DNA of 64,000 nt from Bigelowiella natans CCMP2755 (taxonomy: Eukaryota > Protista > Cercozoa), in assembly GCA_000320545.1 (NCBI GenBank), contig ADNK01000643.1, forward strand, positions 32,286-96,285, in the 5' to 3' direction. The notes beneath the pieces were generated by a model, which saw only the letters and a program-made list of their open reading frames with translations, did not search any database and had not been told where the DNA came from. The position numbers were made by a program, and so were the translations under genes. How positions within the stretch are numbered: the first letter of the stretch is position 1; each line of letters starts with the position of its first letter. Below are positions 11,574 to 24,699 of this stretch, piece by piece.

Positions 11574-11862
11574 TCAATATTGCCCCCACCTCGTTCAATT
11601 CACTCTCTAATTCGTGCAGCGCAGCACACGGATGCAACCATAACTATATAAATGCGGCGTAAGGGCCTTTTGTTGTAGCAGCATTTTTTGTTATTGTTTG
11701 AAACGTGAGGTCGATCGTTGAGGAAGAGAAGGAGAAGGGCTGAAAAATTCTTCTAGATGATAATTCATCTATATATCCTACGCGTTTACATTTAACACAT
11801 GCATCGAACTACCGCGTGCATACAACAACCGCACCACCAACCCAGCCACCATCTACTTACTA

Positions 11863-11900
<38 letters not shown>

Positions 11901-12813
11901 GGTATACTACTACCCGATCAAGACGGCTTTTGATTGTCCCGAGATCCATAGGGTGCTTGATGACCTCAAAGTAGGTGGGAAGGTTCAGCTTGATGGGGTC
12001 CACTGGCTCGTTGAAGACATACCCAAATCTGACGAAGGTGTGGTATATGAGAAAGAGGAATATGTGTGCATGTGTGCATGTGTGTGGGATAATACAGCAC
12101 AGTTGGAAGGTACAGCTTTGGGCGCTACGTTCTTCCTCCTGGTGTGTCCGTGTGTGTGCGTGCGTGTGAGTTAGTGTCCGTGTGTGTGTGTGTGTGTGTG
12201 CTCTAGGAGTGAGGAAGGGGTAAGGATATCATCGTGTTCACCACCAATCATCCCTAAAACCAATAATGTGATTGACTATTCTCGACATTCCGCTTGCCTA
12301 CACGCCTTCCCCGCACACTTAAACAGGAGCAATTCTCTCCATTTTCTTCTTCTTCTTCTTCTTCTTTCCCATTCTCCTAATTACTTATGCTTCATGAGGC
12401 CTTTCAGTGTTTTTTTGAGCCCTCTAACGTTCGCCTTCTTCGTGGATGTTTTGCTTTTGTTTATAATCGCATTCAGCTTCTTGAGCTCCTCCTCCATCCG
12501 TTTCTGTGGATGTTAGGAGTTGGTCAGCAAAGATCACATCCCCCTCTACCAACAGCACCCCCCCCCCCCCCCCCGTCTCCTCTCATCAACTACTACTCTC
12601 CGGCTCCGACCTTTTCAAGAAGGGCCTTCTCGACATCCATGTTGTTCATGCTGCCGCCCGTCGTCGTCGTCGTAGTCCCGGCTGCACGGTGGGACTTTGC
12701 GCTCCTTCCACTGTTATTATCCTTTCCTCCCGGCCCTCGCTTTCTCTATAGATGATGTCAACACATAAGCACGCAAGAACTTTAGTATGTGATCTCATTA
12801 ATAGAGTAGATGG

Positions 12814-12864
<51 letters not shown>

Positions 12865-13550
12865 TAGAAAGAATAGATGGCCCAACATCAATATCCCCCC
12901 CGCACCCCTTGCGAAGAGAAGTACAGTCCCACCCACTACTCATAATACTCTTTTCTGCTCCTCCTCATCATCTCCCAAATGATGATGATGCTGGGGTGCT
13001 GCCACTTTCCTCTTCCTGTTCCTCTTCCTCTTCTTCTTCTTCTTATTGTTGTTGTTGTTGTTGCTGTTGTGGTTCTCCCTTCTATTCTCATGCGGCCCAC
13101 TGCTTGCTGCATCCCCACAACCATCATCATCATCAGCAGCAGCAGCAGCGCTTCTGCCACACACTTGACGGTAATCATCGCCATTGTCGATTGTGGGGAT
13201 CGCCTCCACCTTACTGCTGTATTTCCCCTCTCCCCACGCCCCCTTCTTTTTCCTCCTCTTCTTTGTACCCCCCTTCCCTTCAGAAAATTCTTTCCTATCC
13301 CCAGGCGGGGTCCTTCTCTTTTTCTTCCTCCTCGCGCTCTCCCCACCCGCTCCTCCTTCAAGGCGAGGAGTCATGGGGGGAGAGGAGGGAGGGAACTATG
13401 GCGCATCATCATCAGCCCCCCACCCCAAAAACGACAACCAACCAACCATGTCCAAGAATGGCAAATGGATGTTCATAAATAATGCAAATAATGCAAATAA
13501 TGTAGGAGTTGGAGTAGTAATAGTCGCCCCATATCCAATCAGTACATACC

Positions 13551-13595
<45 letters not shown>

Positions 13596-13605
13596 TACAC
13601 ATGAC

Positions 13606-13649
<44 letters not shown>

Positions 13650-16600
13650 CACATGACATAAAAGAGAGAGAGAGAGAGAGAATAAAAGTGACGAGAGAGA
13701 AGCGATAAAAGGTGGTATAGATCGAAGCGGGTAAGCACATTCCCCCCCGATTCTCTATTTTGGCGGTAATGATTATTAGTATTGTCACTTATTTCTTCTT
13801 CTTTATTTCAGGGACTTCACCTTTTTGCTGCTACTGCTGCTTCGTACGCTCTTGAGCTGATGTTCGAGGCCTTGTATCTCGCCCTGCACCCTCTCTATCT
13901 CGGCACGCGTCTCCGCAATCGAGAGCATCTTGATGTCGGCAGGGACCATCGCCGGAGTGATTAGGTCAACGTCCTCGCTCCCCACAGCGACCGACACGTC
14001 CTTCCTCTTCTTGTAAGATGGCGGTTTCTTCTGCTTATTCTTCTTCTTCTTCGAGGAGGAGTAGGCGAGGGATCTTGAGATGGCGGCATCGTCACCATCG
14101 TCAGTGTTGTCGCTGTCGTCTTCATCAAACGTCGACTCGACGACGAGCTTGGCGGGGTACCACCCGTTTTGGGGGCCGAGAATCTGATTGCCGACGATTC
14201 TCACCTGCGCAAGGCCTGCATCGCGCCACAACCCATACACGCCCCCCCCTCCTCCTCCTCCTGCTGCGGTGCCCCCAGGAGTAGTATCAAGCCGTGTCCA
14301 CTGATAGTTTCCAGGCTTGAACAGCAGCGTCTGCCCCGAGGCGTCCATGTAGCCTTTGAGGACGATCCCATTGGCGAAAGTCACGGTAATGTCCGGGTGG
14401 TACCTATGTTTCTTCGCGAGGGCGCTGCTCTTCTGGCGCTGGGCTGCGGTGGGCCGAGGAGTTGTGAAGGCCGCCGGGGAAGAGATGTTGCGGATCATCT
14501 TGGGGATCTTCGGCTTAGGCTTCGGCTTCGGTGGCGACTGCTGCGGCACGGGGATGTCTGCCCCCCCCCATTCTTTGCGCATGGCAATCACCTTCGCTGG
14601 GTACCACCCGTTGAGCGGTCCCTTGATCTCTCGCTGGCCGATGGTGACGGGCACTTTGACTGCATCGTACCACTGCCCCTTGATGTCCTCGCCCCATGTG
14701 GCGGAGCTGGAGGTCCCTTGGCAGAGGATGAGCCCACCCGTTTCTATAGTGCGGTGCCACTTGTAGCCCCCCTTCCACAGAATCTGGTGGCCCTCGTCCA
14801 CCACCGATCCTTCCAGTCTCACCTTGTTGGCGAAGACCGCAACAATGTCAACGCCGGGAAGCAAAGCGCCCTGAGCCCCCTTCTTCTTTTTCTTCTTCTT
14901 GCCCCCGAAGGCGCCCCCTCCTCCGCCCCTCTTGCCGCCCTTGTTCTTCTTGGAGCTCGAAGGCGGTTTGGGGTTGAGCGGGTCGCTATGCCTGACCCCG
15001 AGCACCAGCCCAGGATACTGACTTCCCTCCCCCAGGATGTCTTTCGAGTCTGAGAGCTGGATTTCCTTGCCATTCTCATCGCTCCAGACGCCGAAGGGGC
15101 TTGCAACGCTGTCGTCGTCGTCTAACGGCGTTTTCCTCCGCCAGCGTTCCCCGCCCGGCGTCCAGAGGAGCCCAGTCCCGAACACGTCGAGCGTGCCCAC
15201 CATCTTCTTCCCGTCGGCGAAGCGGGCGGAGATGCGGGTGACACGCGCACCGGTGAGTTGGAGGACCTCGGCGGGGTACCAGGGTTCCAACCCGTAGGTG
15301 GGGCCCTTGATCGTCGCATGGCCGACCTCCACCTTGCTCCCGCCAGCATCGAACCATTCGCCAAGCAGCCCCGAGGCGGCGGAGGCTGTCTTCCGCTCCC
15401 ATTTGTAGGCGATGCCCTTGCCCTTCCATTTGAGCGTCTTGCCCTCCTTTTCCAGCACCCCGTGCATCTGCTTCCCATTGGCGAAACGGGCTACCACCCC
15501 CCACACACACACCGCCGCCGACGACGACGACGACGTCGTCGTTTTATTTGCTGTTCCCGCATCAGCTACTTCTGCTGGTTTTTGGCCAACAACAGTGGTG
15601 TTGGTGGTGGTGGTAGCAGTTGTAGTAGTACTACTACTACTACTAGTAGTAGTAGTAGTAGCGGTAGCAGCAGCAGGCGGGGTGACTACGGTGTTGTTGA
15701 TATCCGAAGAAGTAGTAGTAGTCGCAGTAGCAGCAGCAGCTGTAGTAAGGGGATTGCTGGCGGTGGCACCAACACCGCTGCTAGCGGAAGGGGAGGAAGT
15801 TTTGCTCTCCTTTTCGTCGGTAGTACTAGTAGAAGTAGGAGGATTTGCAGCAACTGCCGATGCTGTTGTTGCCATCGCCGCCGCCGCTGCCGTCTTCTTC
15901 GTCTCCTCATTATCATCATCATCGTCCCCCTTCTCTAGCATTGGCATCTCCTCCTCTTCCTCCTCCTCCTCCTCCTTCTCTTCCGTGTTTGGGCGTCGAG
16001 ATACCGTTACGCCCTCCTCAGTTTCTAGGGCAGGAAGCTGATTCTTGTCGTCATCTTCGACTTTCATGTCGCGCTGCGCTGAGGAGGAGGAATGTGCCTG
16101 CTGCTCTTGCTGCTGCTGCTGCTGCTGGCCATTGAGGGCCCGTTCTCCTGCAGCACACATTATGATAATGAGAATCTCTCGTGATTATCTAAAGACAAAT
16201 AGCTAATATAATACCACACGCCCCACGCCCTGTAAACAACGACATACACAAGTGGCTTTCCATATTCGCCCGACAGCGTGCTCTCTCCCTCTCCCCCTCC
16301 CTCCCTCTGCCGACACCCTGTCACACACCGAGGTAGAAAGTGTGCACTATCAACTACGGGATTACTTTACTACCTTCCTGTGGTTGTTCTGTGGATCTTG
16401 GGTGCTTTTCACCTGACTGTCGGGGCTGTTTACCACCAACAGTAGGAGTCTCCCGCTGCTGTAGCTGCGTTCCCTCCGATGATGCTGGTGTTTTACCGCC
16501 CGTTGTAGCTCTCTTTTCGTCGCTACTGTCTGCAGTAGCATTAGCAGCAGTGGCAGAAGACTCGGACAATGATTTCGATAGTTCTTTATTGGAGGAGTCG

Positions 16601-17339
16601 GACGATGATCTCGGTAGCTCTTCATTGCGCGAGTCGGATAATGATCCCGGTAGTTCTTTTTTGCGGGAGTCGGACAATGATTTCGGTGGCTCTTTATCGA
16701 CCATGCTACTACTACTATTACTCGGCTGCTTATCACCGGTGCCCCTTGGTTGCTTGCCGCCCATGCTCCTAGTTGGCGCATTGCTTTTCAGGCTTGCAGG
16801 TTGTTTCCCCCCAACACCCGCAGGCTGCTTTCCTCCCACATTCGGTCGCGGATGATCAGTAGTAATTTCCTCCTCGTCACTACTACTGCTGCTGCTACTC
16901 TCGCTATCATCATCGTCGTCCTCAACTTTGCCATTCTGCGGGGAGAAAATAGAGGGGATGTCATGGGGGGGGGGAAGGAAGGGATGTTGTTGGTATGCAA
17001 GATTTCAACATGGATCTGTTGCTCGTGGCAATCGGCATTTATGATTACTAAAGCATTTCAAGTTTGTATCACCTGTTGGGTGGCATCTGCTTTGGTATCC
17101 ACAGCATCGGATTCTTTCCCATCTTCTTCCATTGGCTGTGCCCTAGTCTGTTCTCCAACCGTCTGTGGGAATGTAACATCCTTTTCCACCGTACCAGTAT
17201 CTTTCTTCGTGTCATTATTTGATTGTCGCCCGGGAACCTTTTCCTGATCCATTGTATTGGCCCCTTCCAGAGCTAGCTTATTAACATCGCCTACTCTCCC
17301 CTCAGTCGGATTGGACTGAGATCCTTCATCTAACTCCAT
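11389..17339 (-). CDS. Large chromatin protein: GGKQP repeats, four Trp/Gly beta-rich repeats and a C-terminal bromodomain
   Basis: Bromodomain exons [36 protein letters not shown] (~11915-12030) and [18 protein letters not shown] (11389-11537). The three 5' exons (17339-~17072, ~16934-16374, ~16149-13820) join in compatible phases. Splicing across 13.8-12.0 kb not fully resolved. Confidence 0.75.
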
Positions 17340-18614
17340 AGCCAATGAATGATTTGTATCGCCACTCCCCGTTTATTTCTGATTGTAAGTTATATCGTGG
17401 GATGAAGCATATTCCAAACTTTGACTCCAGCACAACCCCGCACACATCGTAATGGCTTCGGATACCTTGACGGCCGTCTCCAGTCCACGTTCCAAGGCTT
17501 CGGGTGCTCTAACACCTGATATTCGAATTTTATCTAAAGGCAAGTCTCGATAAAAAAATACTGGAAGAGAAGAAAAAATTCTGGATGCAAAAACCTTAAA
17601 AATAACCCTGACCGGATGTATTAGTGAAATCAGATGAAAGAACATAGGTGGTGAAAACCCTATGCATCACTACTGTGCCACTGATGTCTCATCATCGGAT
17701 CTATTATTTTCGAAAGGTAGTATGATTTGGAACGCTTTACCGACAGTTCCCTAGAGGAACACAATTGCCGGTTTGGCTTACACGTTGAAATGGTAAGATT
17801 ATGCTCTATGGAAACCAACCAGTGCAGACGCAACCAGCTTCAAGTCTACTGGGAAATTATCTAATAAAAAATCGATTGCATCAGGGTTGATGTGTCGCAT
17901 GGGGAGGACAAGCTGCTCTGCGTCCGCTTGCAAAAGGGTTTACCCTCTCATCCATCCCCGCCTGGCCGCCATCCAAATAAATCGCTCAATCTAATTTTAG
18001 AATGCGACATCAAATTCTTTATGTCGCTATTAATATAGCACTGAATCCCAAATTCATAATTTGCCGGAAAAAAAATAGTTGCGCAGATAAATAAAGGGCG
18101 TTTACGAATAATATTACGGGGATACCGGATTTCCAAGTAAGTTTCCAAGCAGTGTATTTTCCAGCAATTTCTCTATTGTAGAACCAATTTCCAGGAAGTC
18201 TTACCAATGCATTAGCAGAGGGAGATGTTGAAGCTTCCTGATTTTATCAACATTCCAAGTTTTATATAAGGGATTGGTTCATATTCTGGGCGGAATACAT
18301 CTAAGATCTCTGACAAATTTATTTGTATTATTGCCTTATAATTCTCGGAAAGCCTCTTCTTTTGGGGAGGAAACATCGTCACCTTCGTCTTCTGAAGGCT
18401 CTTCCCACACGCACACATCGTAGGGAATTCATATAATGCAAAATTTTGTCTTATTTGGTTTGAGCGGAATAGGTAGAGTATAAATATGCGAGACATCGCC
18501 CGGCAGTTGTTTAGCACTTCGTAGTTCATGAGATTCAATGATGATGACGCGGCGTAGCTCTTTGGAGCGTTATCCATGGGTCTAGATTTATTTTTTGCTT
18601 TCATCAGGACAACC

Positions 18615-20383
18615 ATGTCGCTTGGGTTTGACCACCTGCTGAAGCTCCTGATGGTCATAAACTCAACCTTGCTGCGTAGCATACTCCTCATTCGGGTGGA
18701 GATTAATAATTGTGAACAACTCCCTCGATTAGGTTGGAGAGTCCAATGTCGGCAAAACGAGCATTTTGATGCAATACACCTCGGTAGGCTTTATCGTTTT
18801 TGATAAAAGAGGCGAAGGCAGTAATAAACTTGCGAAACACACAACGTTGCCTACTAGAAATCACTAGATGTATTCAATTGCTAGGGATCCTTTGAGACAA
18901 ACACGAAAAGCACCATCGGGGTAGACCTGAAGGTAACATTCCTATTTCTTCCCCCCTCCAAACTAACATCAGCACTACCGTCGTATCTAGCACAGCAGCT
19001 ATCAAAACAGCATCATATTCGCATATTACATAAAACAATACTGGGTTTAATCGCGGATGTGCACTTCACCGACGGCAACTTGCAAAAACTACAGCACGCA
19101 TTCATAGTTCACCACAATAATCATCCTCACAACATTTAAAGGTCCGGACGATAGATTACATGGGCAAGAAACTAAAGCTTACCCTGTGGGATACAGGTGG
19201 GTTGCTATGACATCAAGATGTCGGAATGATACCCCTTTAAGAACAACCGACACCAAAAAAAACTCAGTATTATACTCTCCAATGCCTACTGAGACATATG
19301 TTACAAAGCATGCGCTGTGGTGGTATATTCGAGCTGGTATGAATCTCGTAGAATTCCTAGCGTCCATATCCCTAACTGAGCTCTGTACTTTGCTGCTCAG
19401 CGGGCCAAGAGCGCTTCCGTACTTTAACAGCTAGTTACTACCGTGGCGCAAACGGTGTTGTTCTGGTAAAATTTGTGCTGATAAAATGGCGGCCGTAATT
19501 TTTATATCGTTAATGACATGCGCTTAAAGCATCCACAAGAAATCGTATGCGAATGGGGGGAGGCGAAAGCGAAGGCGCATTGATATGCCCGTTGCCTCCA
19601 TTCTTAAATCTCGCACAGGTTTACGACGTAACATCTCGCAACTCATTCGACCATGTACGGCACTGGCTCAAAGAGGTGGAGGTCTATTGCACAAATGAAG
19701 ACGTAGTTCTTATGCTCGTAGGGAACAAGATTGATAAGGTGTTCGTCTTCCGAACTTGCGACTAATTTTGTACCAGAATTTAGACCTGAATTCCCTAGCT
19801 AAACGCGGATTCATTTCCTCATTTTTTCCCTGGCAGGAAGAGGATAGGAAAGTAAGCAAAGAGGAAGGCCTTGCTTTTGCACGCCGAAACAACATGCTGT
19901 TCATGGAATGCAGCGCGAAAACAAAACAGGGGTATTGCGTTTGTCAGTGATCCCATTCAGTGTGTGATATATTGTTCAGCATATGTGCTCTCGCAATGAA
20001 TTCATTCCCGTTATATTATGGCCATCTGCTGCACTATCATCATTGTCAGAGTGGAACAGGCTTTTCAGGAGCTTATCCAAAAGGTTAAACTTTCACCAAG
20101 TCCACAACATGACGAATTCGTTTCCCATTGGTATAGTAAACACGCCCAAGTTAATTTATGCTTTCAATAATTTTCCCCCGATCACTGCAGGCGCTTGAGA
20201 CGCAAACGAAAAAACGAGAGGTGGATAGAGAACGAGAGCAAGTTGATCTCACACAGGTTTTATCTTTTTAACCTTTAAGAACTATGTCTTGCTCCTGATC
20301 ATCACACCATTCCCATGGCCAATATGATAACCTAATGTTAATATCAGGGAAATCAGCATGAAGACGACGGATTATGTTGCTAA
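18615..20383 (+). CDS. RAB18: Rab GTPase, Rab18/RabC-like, about 10 exons
   Basis: [57 protein letters not shown] and a C-terminal CC prenylation motif. Confidence 0.9.
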
Positions 20384-20887
20384 TTATTCACGTACGTATA
20401 TTTTATATTGTAATCGAGAGCAGCCACTCTAATTGACCTCGGGGTTCATAGGCTCTCATCATAAAGTAAATCATCATTTTAACAGTGTGTCGTATAACTT
20501 CTACACTACAACTATAAACTAGAAGCAAGGATGTACATTTGTATTGATATGCATTTAAATGCAAAATAACATCGGCAAGTGGTACGTGATAATAATTCTC
20601 TACCTATATGTGGTACACGTGTGAGCTGCGATGAGCGGGCATCTGGGTATCCTAGTTCATGCATTTCGCATGCAATGCTAGCATCAACAGCCATGTAAAT
20701 GTGTCCAGACTTGTGCACACAGCATCGAGCTTAGATCATGCAGTATGGAGTGACCAGTAAAGCCATTGTTGGGACATGTAACGCGACGTTCATAGGCTGC
20801 GAAATTAGCTGCTTTCATGAGTACACTGTACTAGCTAGCATGTTGCGCATTAGATACAATTACAATGGCTTTGCGTAGCAACTTCTG

Positions 20888-21421
20888 GGTGACCATATTG
20901 GAAATATTTGATCACATCATTGCCTACCTCTCACATGTGCATAGCATTTGAGTACGTCTAGGCAGCTTTGCACATACAGCTACATCAGGATGACCATTGG
21001 AAAGATTTGATAGATTAATTCATTTCGTCTGCGCACTCAAAAAGCTAAAACACAACAGCCCAAATGAGCGTGCATGTCGTACACTTTTAGTGCGTTGTGT
21101 ATTAGCCGCCGGGATGTGATCATTGAACAAATTTAATTAGATTGATTACATCCGTCTCACATTAGCCGCTTATTGAGGAACCAACTCACTGCCACAGTGA
21201 TGCGCGACGACGAAACGCAAAGATTGACATGTGGTGATCGAGAAGGAAACACGAACTGCTGCGCGACTTTCCAGACGATACCGAAACAACATGTATTTGA
21301 TTGCATGAAACACATCATAGCGGAAACTAACAGAGTCAACATTAGCGCTATAGCCGCTGCATTGCATAGCTACATAATAAGGATGACCATTGAACAAATT
21401 TAATTAATTAATTACATCCGT
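20888..21421 (+). mobile_element. Stack of four same-orientation 3'-end fragments of a putative non-LTR retroelement
   Basis: Motif g(g/a)tgaccattg(a/g)a.a.attt.a...att.attacatccgtct recurs at ~20888, ~20988, ~21112 and ~21381; the last copy carries a 76-codon ORF remnant. Confidence 0.6.
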
Positions 21422-21482
21422 AGATTAGCAAAGCAAGTAGCTACACAATAGAGATTGACGCCTAGGGGAGCAATTAGTTACA

Positions 21483-23007
21483 TCATTCGTGCAAGGCCAC
21501 CTCGACGACAGATAGAGGGTCCCTCAAATCATACTGAGTGACATTGCCTGTGATCCCAGCAGCGCTGAAGAGATCTTTGAAATCGGCGAGGCTCCTCTCG
21601 CGCGCGCCCATCGGGCATGAAGCAAGCATGTTAATGTCCATGAGAGCTTTGAACTGTTCCAAAGATGAACGGCTAGGATGAGAGCCAAGTATGAAGTCTG
21701 CATTTGTAAGGACACTTCCGGGGCGTGAAACGGCCAAGACGTTTTTCAGAATCTTAATTGCAGAGGCGTCGTCCCTACCAGATTTCACGAACGAATGAAT
21801 CAGATGAATAAAATAGTTAATGTGATAGTATTTACCAGTCGTGAAGAATGAACTTCAAAAAGAACACATCGCATTCCCCAAAGGTTTTCGGAAGCGGCTC
21901 GAAGAACGACCCACCGACTACCTCGACTCGATCTCCAACGTCAGTTGTAGCGAGATAAGCATTTGCATTTGCTACGACACTCGTTTGATCAAATAATTTT
22001 CCTTTTGCGCCCGGATAGTGTTGCAGAAAGTTCGCCACAACCGTCCCTTGACCTCCCCCAATGTCGCAAAAAGTAACGTTTTCATTTGGAGGAGCATAGT
22101 CAGCGAGAATAGCTCCGATCATAGAGGGCGCGACAGCTAAAATGCGGATAGTAACAAAATGTTCAGATATGAAACAACTAAGGTGGGAAGTAAATGGTAG
22201 ATGTAGTGAATGAACATTACCCTCCATTGCCATATCGAACTGCTTTTCTTTCTCTGGATGCTTGGCGTGATATGTCCAAACTCCTTCCCCGAAGGCTTCC
22301 ATAAATCCTCCTTTCTCCCCCGTCTTGATGCTCTTTGTCCCCGCTGCCCTCCAAGCCTCGGCTGTCTCTTCGTTAATCATCAATGTGAAAGCAACAGCAT
22401 TTCCGGGAGTATCGGTGCGGAGAAATTTCCCTGCGCTGGAGAGCACAAATAGCTTCTTGCCATTAGAAGCGGTAGCTGGTGAATTCAAAAGCCCAAGTTG
22501 CATTGCCGCGGCCATATACCGGCATGTAACGAATTCGCTCAGGTCGAGATCCTGTGCGACTTTCGCACAAGTGACGCCAGCAACTCCTTCAGCGTCCATG
22601 GCGTCCGGGATACCATTCTTAACGAGAGCATATTGAACCTCAGATTGCCAGTAAGCTGTCGCTTTCATTCGAACAAGCACATCTGGTGGGGTCAAGGCAT
22701 CGGCAGCCATTCGCAGCATGTCCGAGAGGGGCCCTAGAGTGAGAAGAATTGGCCAGGGAGGGATCAATTTCGTGTAACTCGATGCTGGAACTGCAGGAGG
22801 GGAGACGCCCTTTGGCGATAGAGCCAGAAGAGCACCGATGGCAATGGCCAAGAGCAACGATATGCAGGAGCCGCACATACTGCTTTTGGGGGGCTGTAAG
22901 GATAATCCAGTATGAATGAAATACTAACTCTATCAATTATAAAAGTATAGAAGTGGCAAATACACGCTTCATATTCTAACCTGGTCTGTGGTAGGTTGCT
23001 TCGTCAT
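21483..23007 (-). CDS. SAM-dependent O-methyltransferase (COMT/ASMT family) with N-terminal hydrophobic segment
   Basis: Dimerisation region, FDMAM, FCDIGGGQG, LFDQ, GSFF, FFLKFILHDW, DINML and GARERS; three short introns. Confidence 0.9.
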
Positions 23008-23358
23008 TTGGATAAGGATAAGAGGATAAGTAATCGCCCCTGCCTATCTTTGGAAGTCGGTTAAATAGTGGATCAGTGACAGCATCTGCTACAAGTACAA
23101 CATCAGGGAGACGTTGCGATTCAAGGACACTTACAATGCAAGAACCGCCTGCATTTCAGGACTGTGTCTACCTAAAATCAGTCTTGTTTCTGGGAAACGG
23201 AAGACAAATGGACAAAGATCTACAGGTTGAGATCTAGCTTTGTAACAGGAAAAAAAATATCGAAAGTCGCATCGTCATTTCGCGAGAAGTTAAGTATCAG
23301 TAGCCTCTCAAGTAGTAGCGGCAACAACTTCTGCAACACTTTTCCATTCGCCAGAGGA

Positions 23359-24335
23359 ATGGCGTCCACACGTGTCCTGAGACTGGGCCGTAGGGTACCT
23401 GCGCTGCTTGTCAAGTCGCAGTTGAGGACATTTTCGACAGTTCGGCCTCCTGATAGTGGCGATCCAACCATGAGCTCGGTATTTACCTTATGTGTCCGTC
23501 TAAATTAAAACCCATATCTTTACCAATCTCAAACGACGGTCAGGAGGAAGTCGGTCGTCGAATCGAAGAGTCGATGAGGGGCCTCCCCACAGTAGAATCC
23601 CAACCAGCGGCTGAGATTGTTAAGGTACAAAACAGTAGCCTGAAAATGTTCTGGTTGACACGTGGTAAACTCCTTTAGAAACGACGAGACCCGAGAGACC
23701 CACTGGCTTCTCGTCCTGGCATTGACCCACCAAAGTCCTGAGTTGCAAAATCATACATTCACATATTTGACAAATCCTTACGGTGTACCAAATCTTCAAA
23801 TTAAATACATAGGAACATCCCTTCCGGGATATCTTCGACTAATTTGTTGCAACTTCTACGAAAGCATAAGGTTGGAGCGAATGAGTTCGGCCATCGGCCA
23901 ACAACCCTGATGATCGTCGTGTTGTACCATCGTAGAAAGACCCAGAAAATTGGACGGTTGAAGCTCTAGCGGTGGAATATAAGTTGGATTCTTCAATTGT
24001 CGAGGAGTTTTGCAAGTCATTCACTCTCCCGTACATGGGGAGAAAGGTGTAATTTCAACAATGGTTTGTGATGCAGCCCCAGCCAATGCTTTTTGTTGAC
24101 AGATGGAAAACTTCCACGCTGTAAAAGATTATGAAGTTGCTAAAACACATCTGGAAGAATTTGTAATAAGTCTAAAATGATGAGAGAATTCTTTGCTTAA
24201 TGGTAGACATCGAAATGTGATCAGATCCTCTTCGGTGATAGCCTTGGAACGGATTCTACTCTAATACCTCCGAGCGAGGAGCCTTTAGATCCAAATAGCA
24301 CCGTGACAGCGACAGAAGGATCACAGGCAAAATAG
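23359..24335 (+). CDS. Probable mitochondrial protein, NDUFAF4-like
   Basis: Arg/Ser-rich presequence MASTRVLRLGRRVPALLVKSQLRTFST. Spliced LLQLLRKHK|KDPENWTVEALAVEYKLD resembles the NDUFAF4/UPF0240 motif. Confidence 0.5.
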
Positions 24336-24699
24336 TCTAGAGCTAGCTAGCTTATCTGTGCGATGTTGCCGTGCATGTGGCAACCCATGCACCTGCATGT
24401 CTGCATCATTTGAAGATTCATCTAGATTGTAACCAACACAACAATGACACGAGTACATGATTTGCATCACCCTGCATCTTTCATCTGCTATTGTGCTCCA
24501 TGATGAAACAAAGCAGACATTTGTTCATTCGATCAGTTTTTCGCCTTCTGTCATCCTGTCACACGTACCCACAATGACCCATTATCCTTGAGGTGGAGCA
24601 GAAACGCATTGCGCATTCTGTCGCCTGCACGATGTGTAATCGACAGTTGACACGTGTAGTTCTAGTGCTCAATTGCTAGCGTAGGAGAACACATGTACC

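Noticed and set aside
12646-13788. Many overlapping ORFs with poly-CV/HT/RE/SL/IY tracts (also at 37-42, 53-54 and 58 kb)
   Set aside because: Translations of intronic microsatellites or antisense shadows of real exons.
17650-18560. Possible small spliced gene(s) between the bromodomain and Rab18 genes
   Set aside because: Some splice-like signals, but no consistent reading frame or recognisable product could be built.
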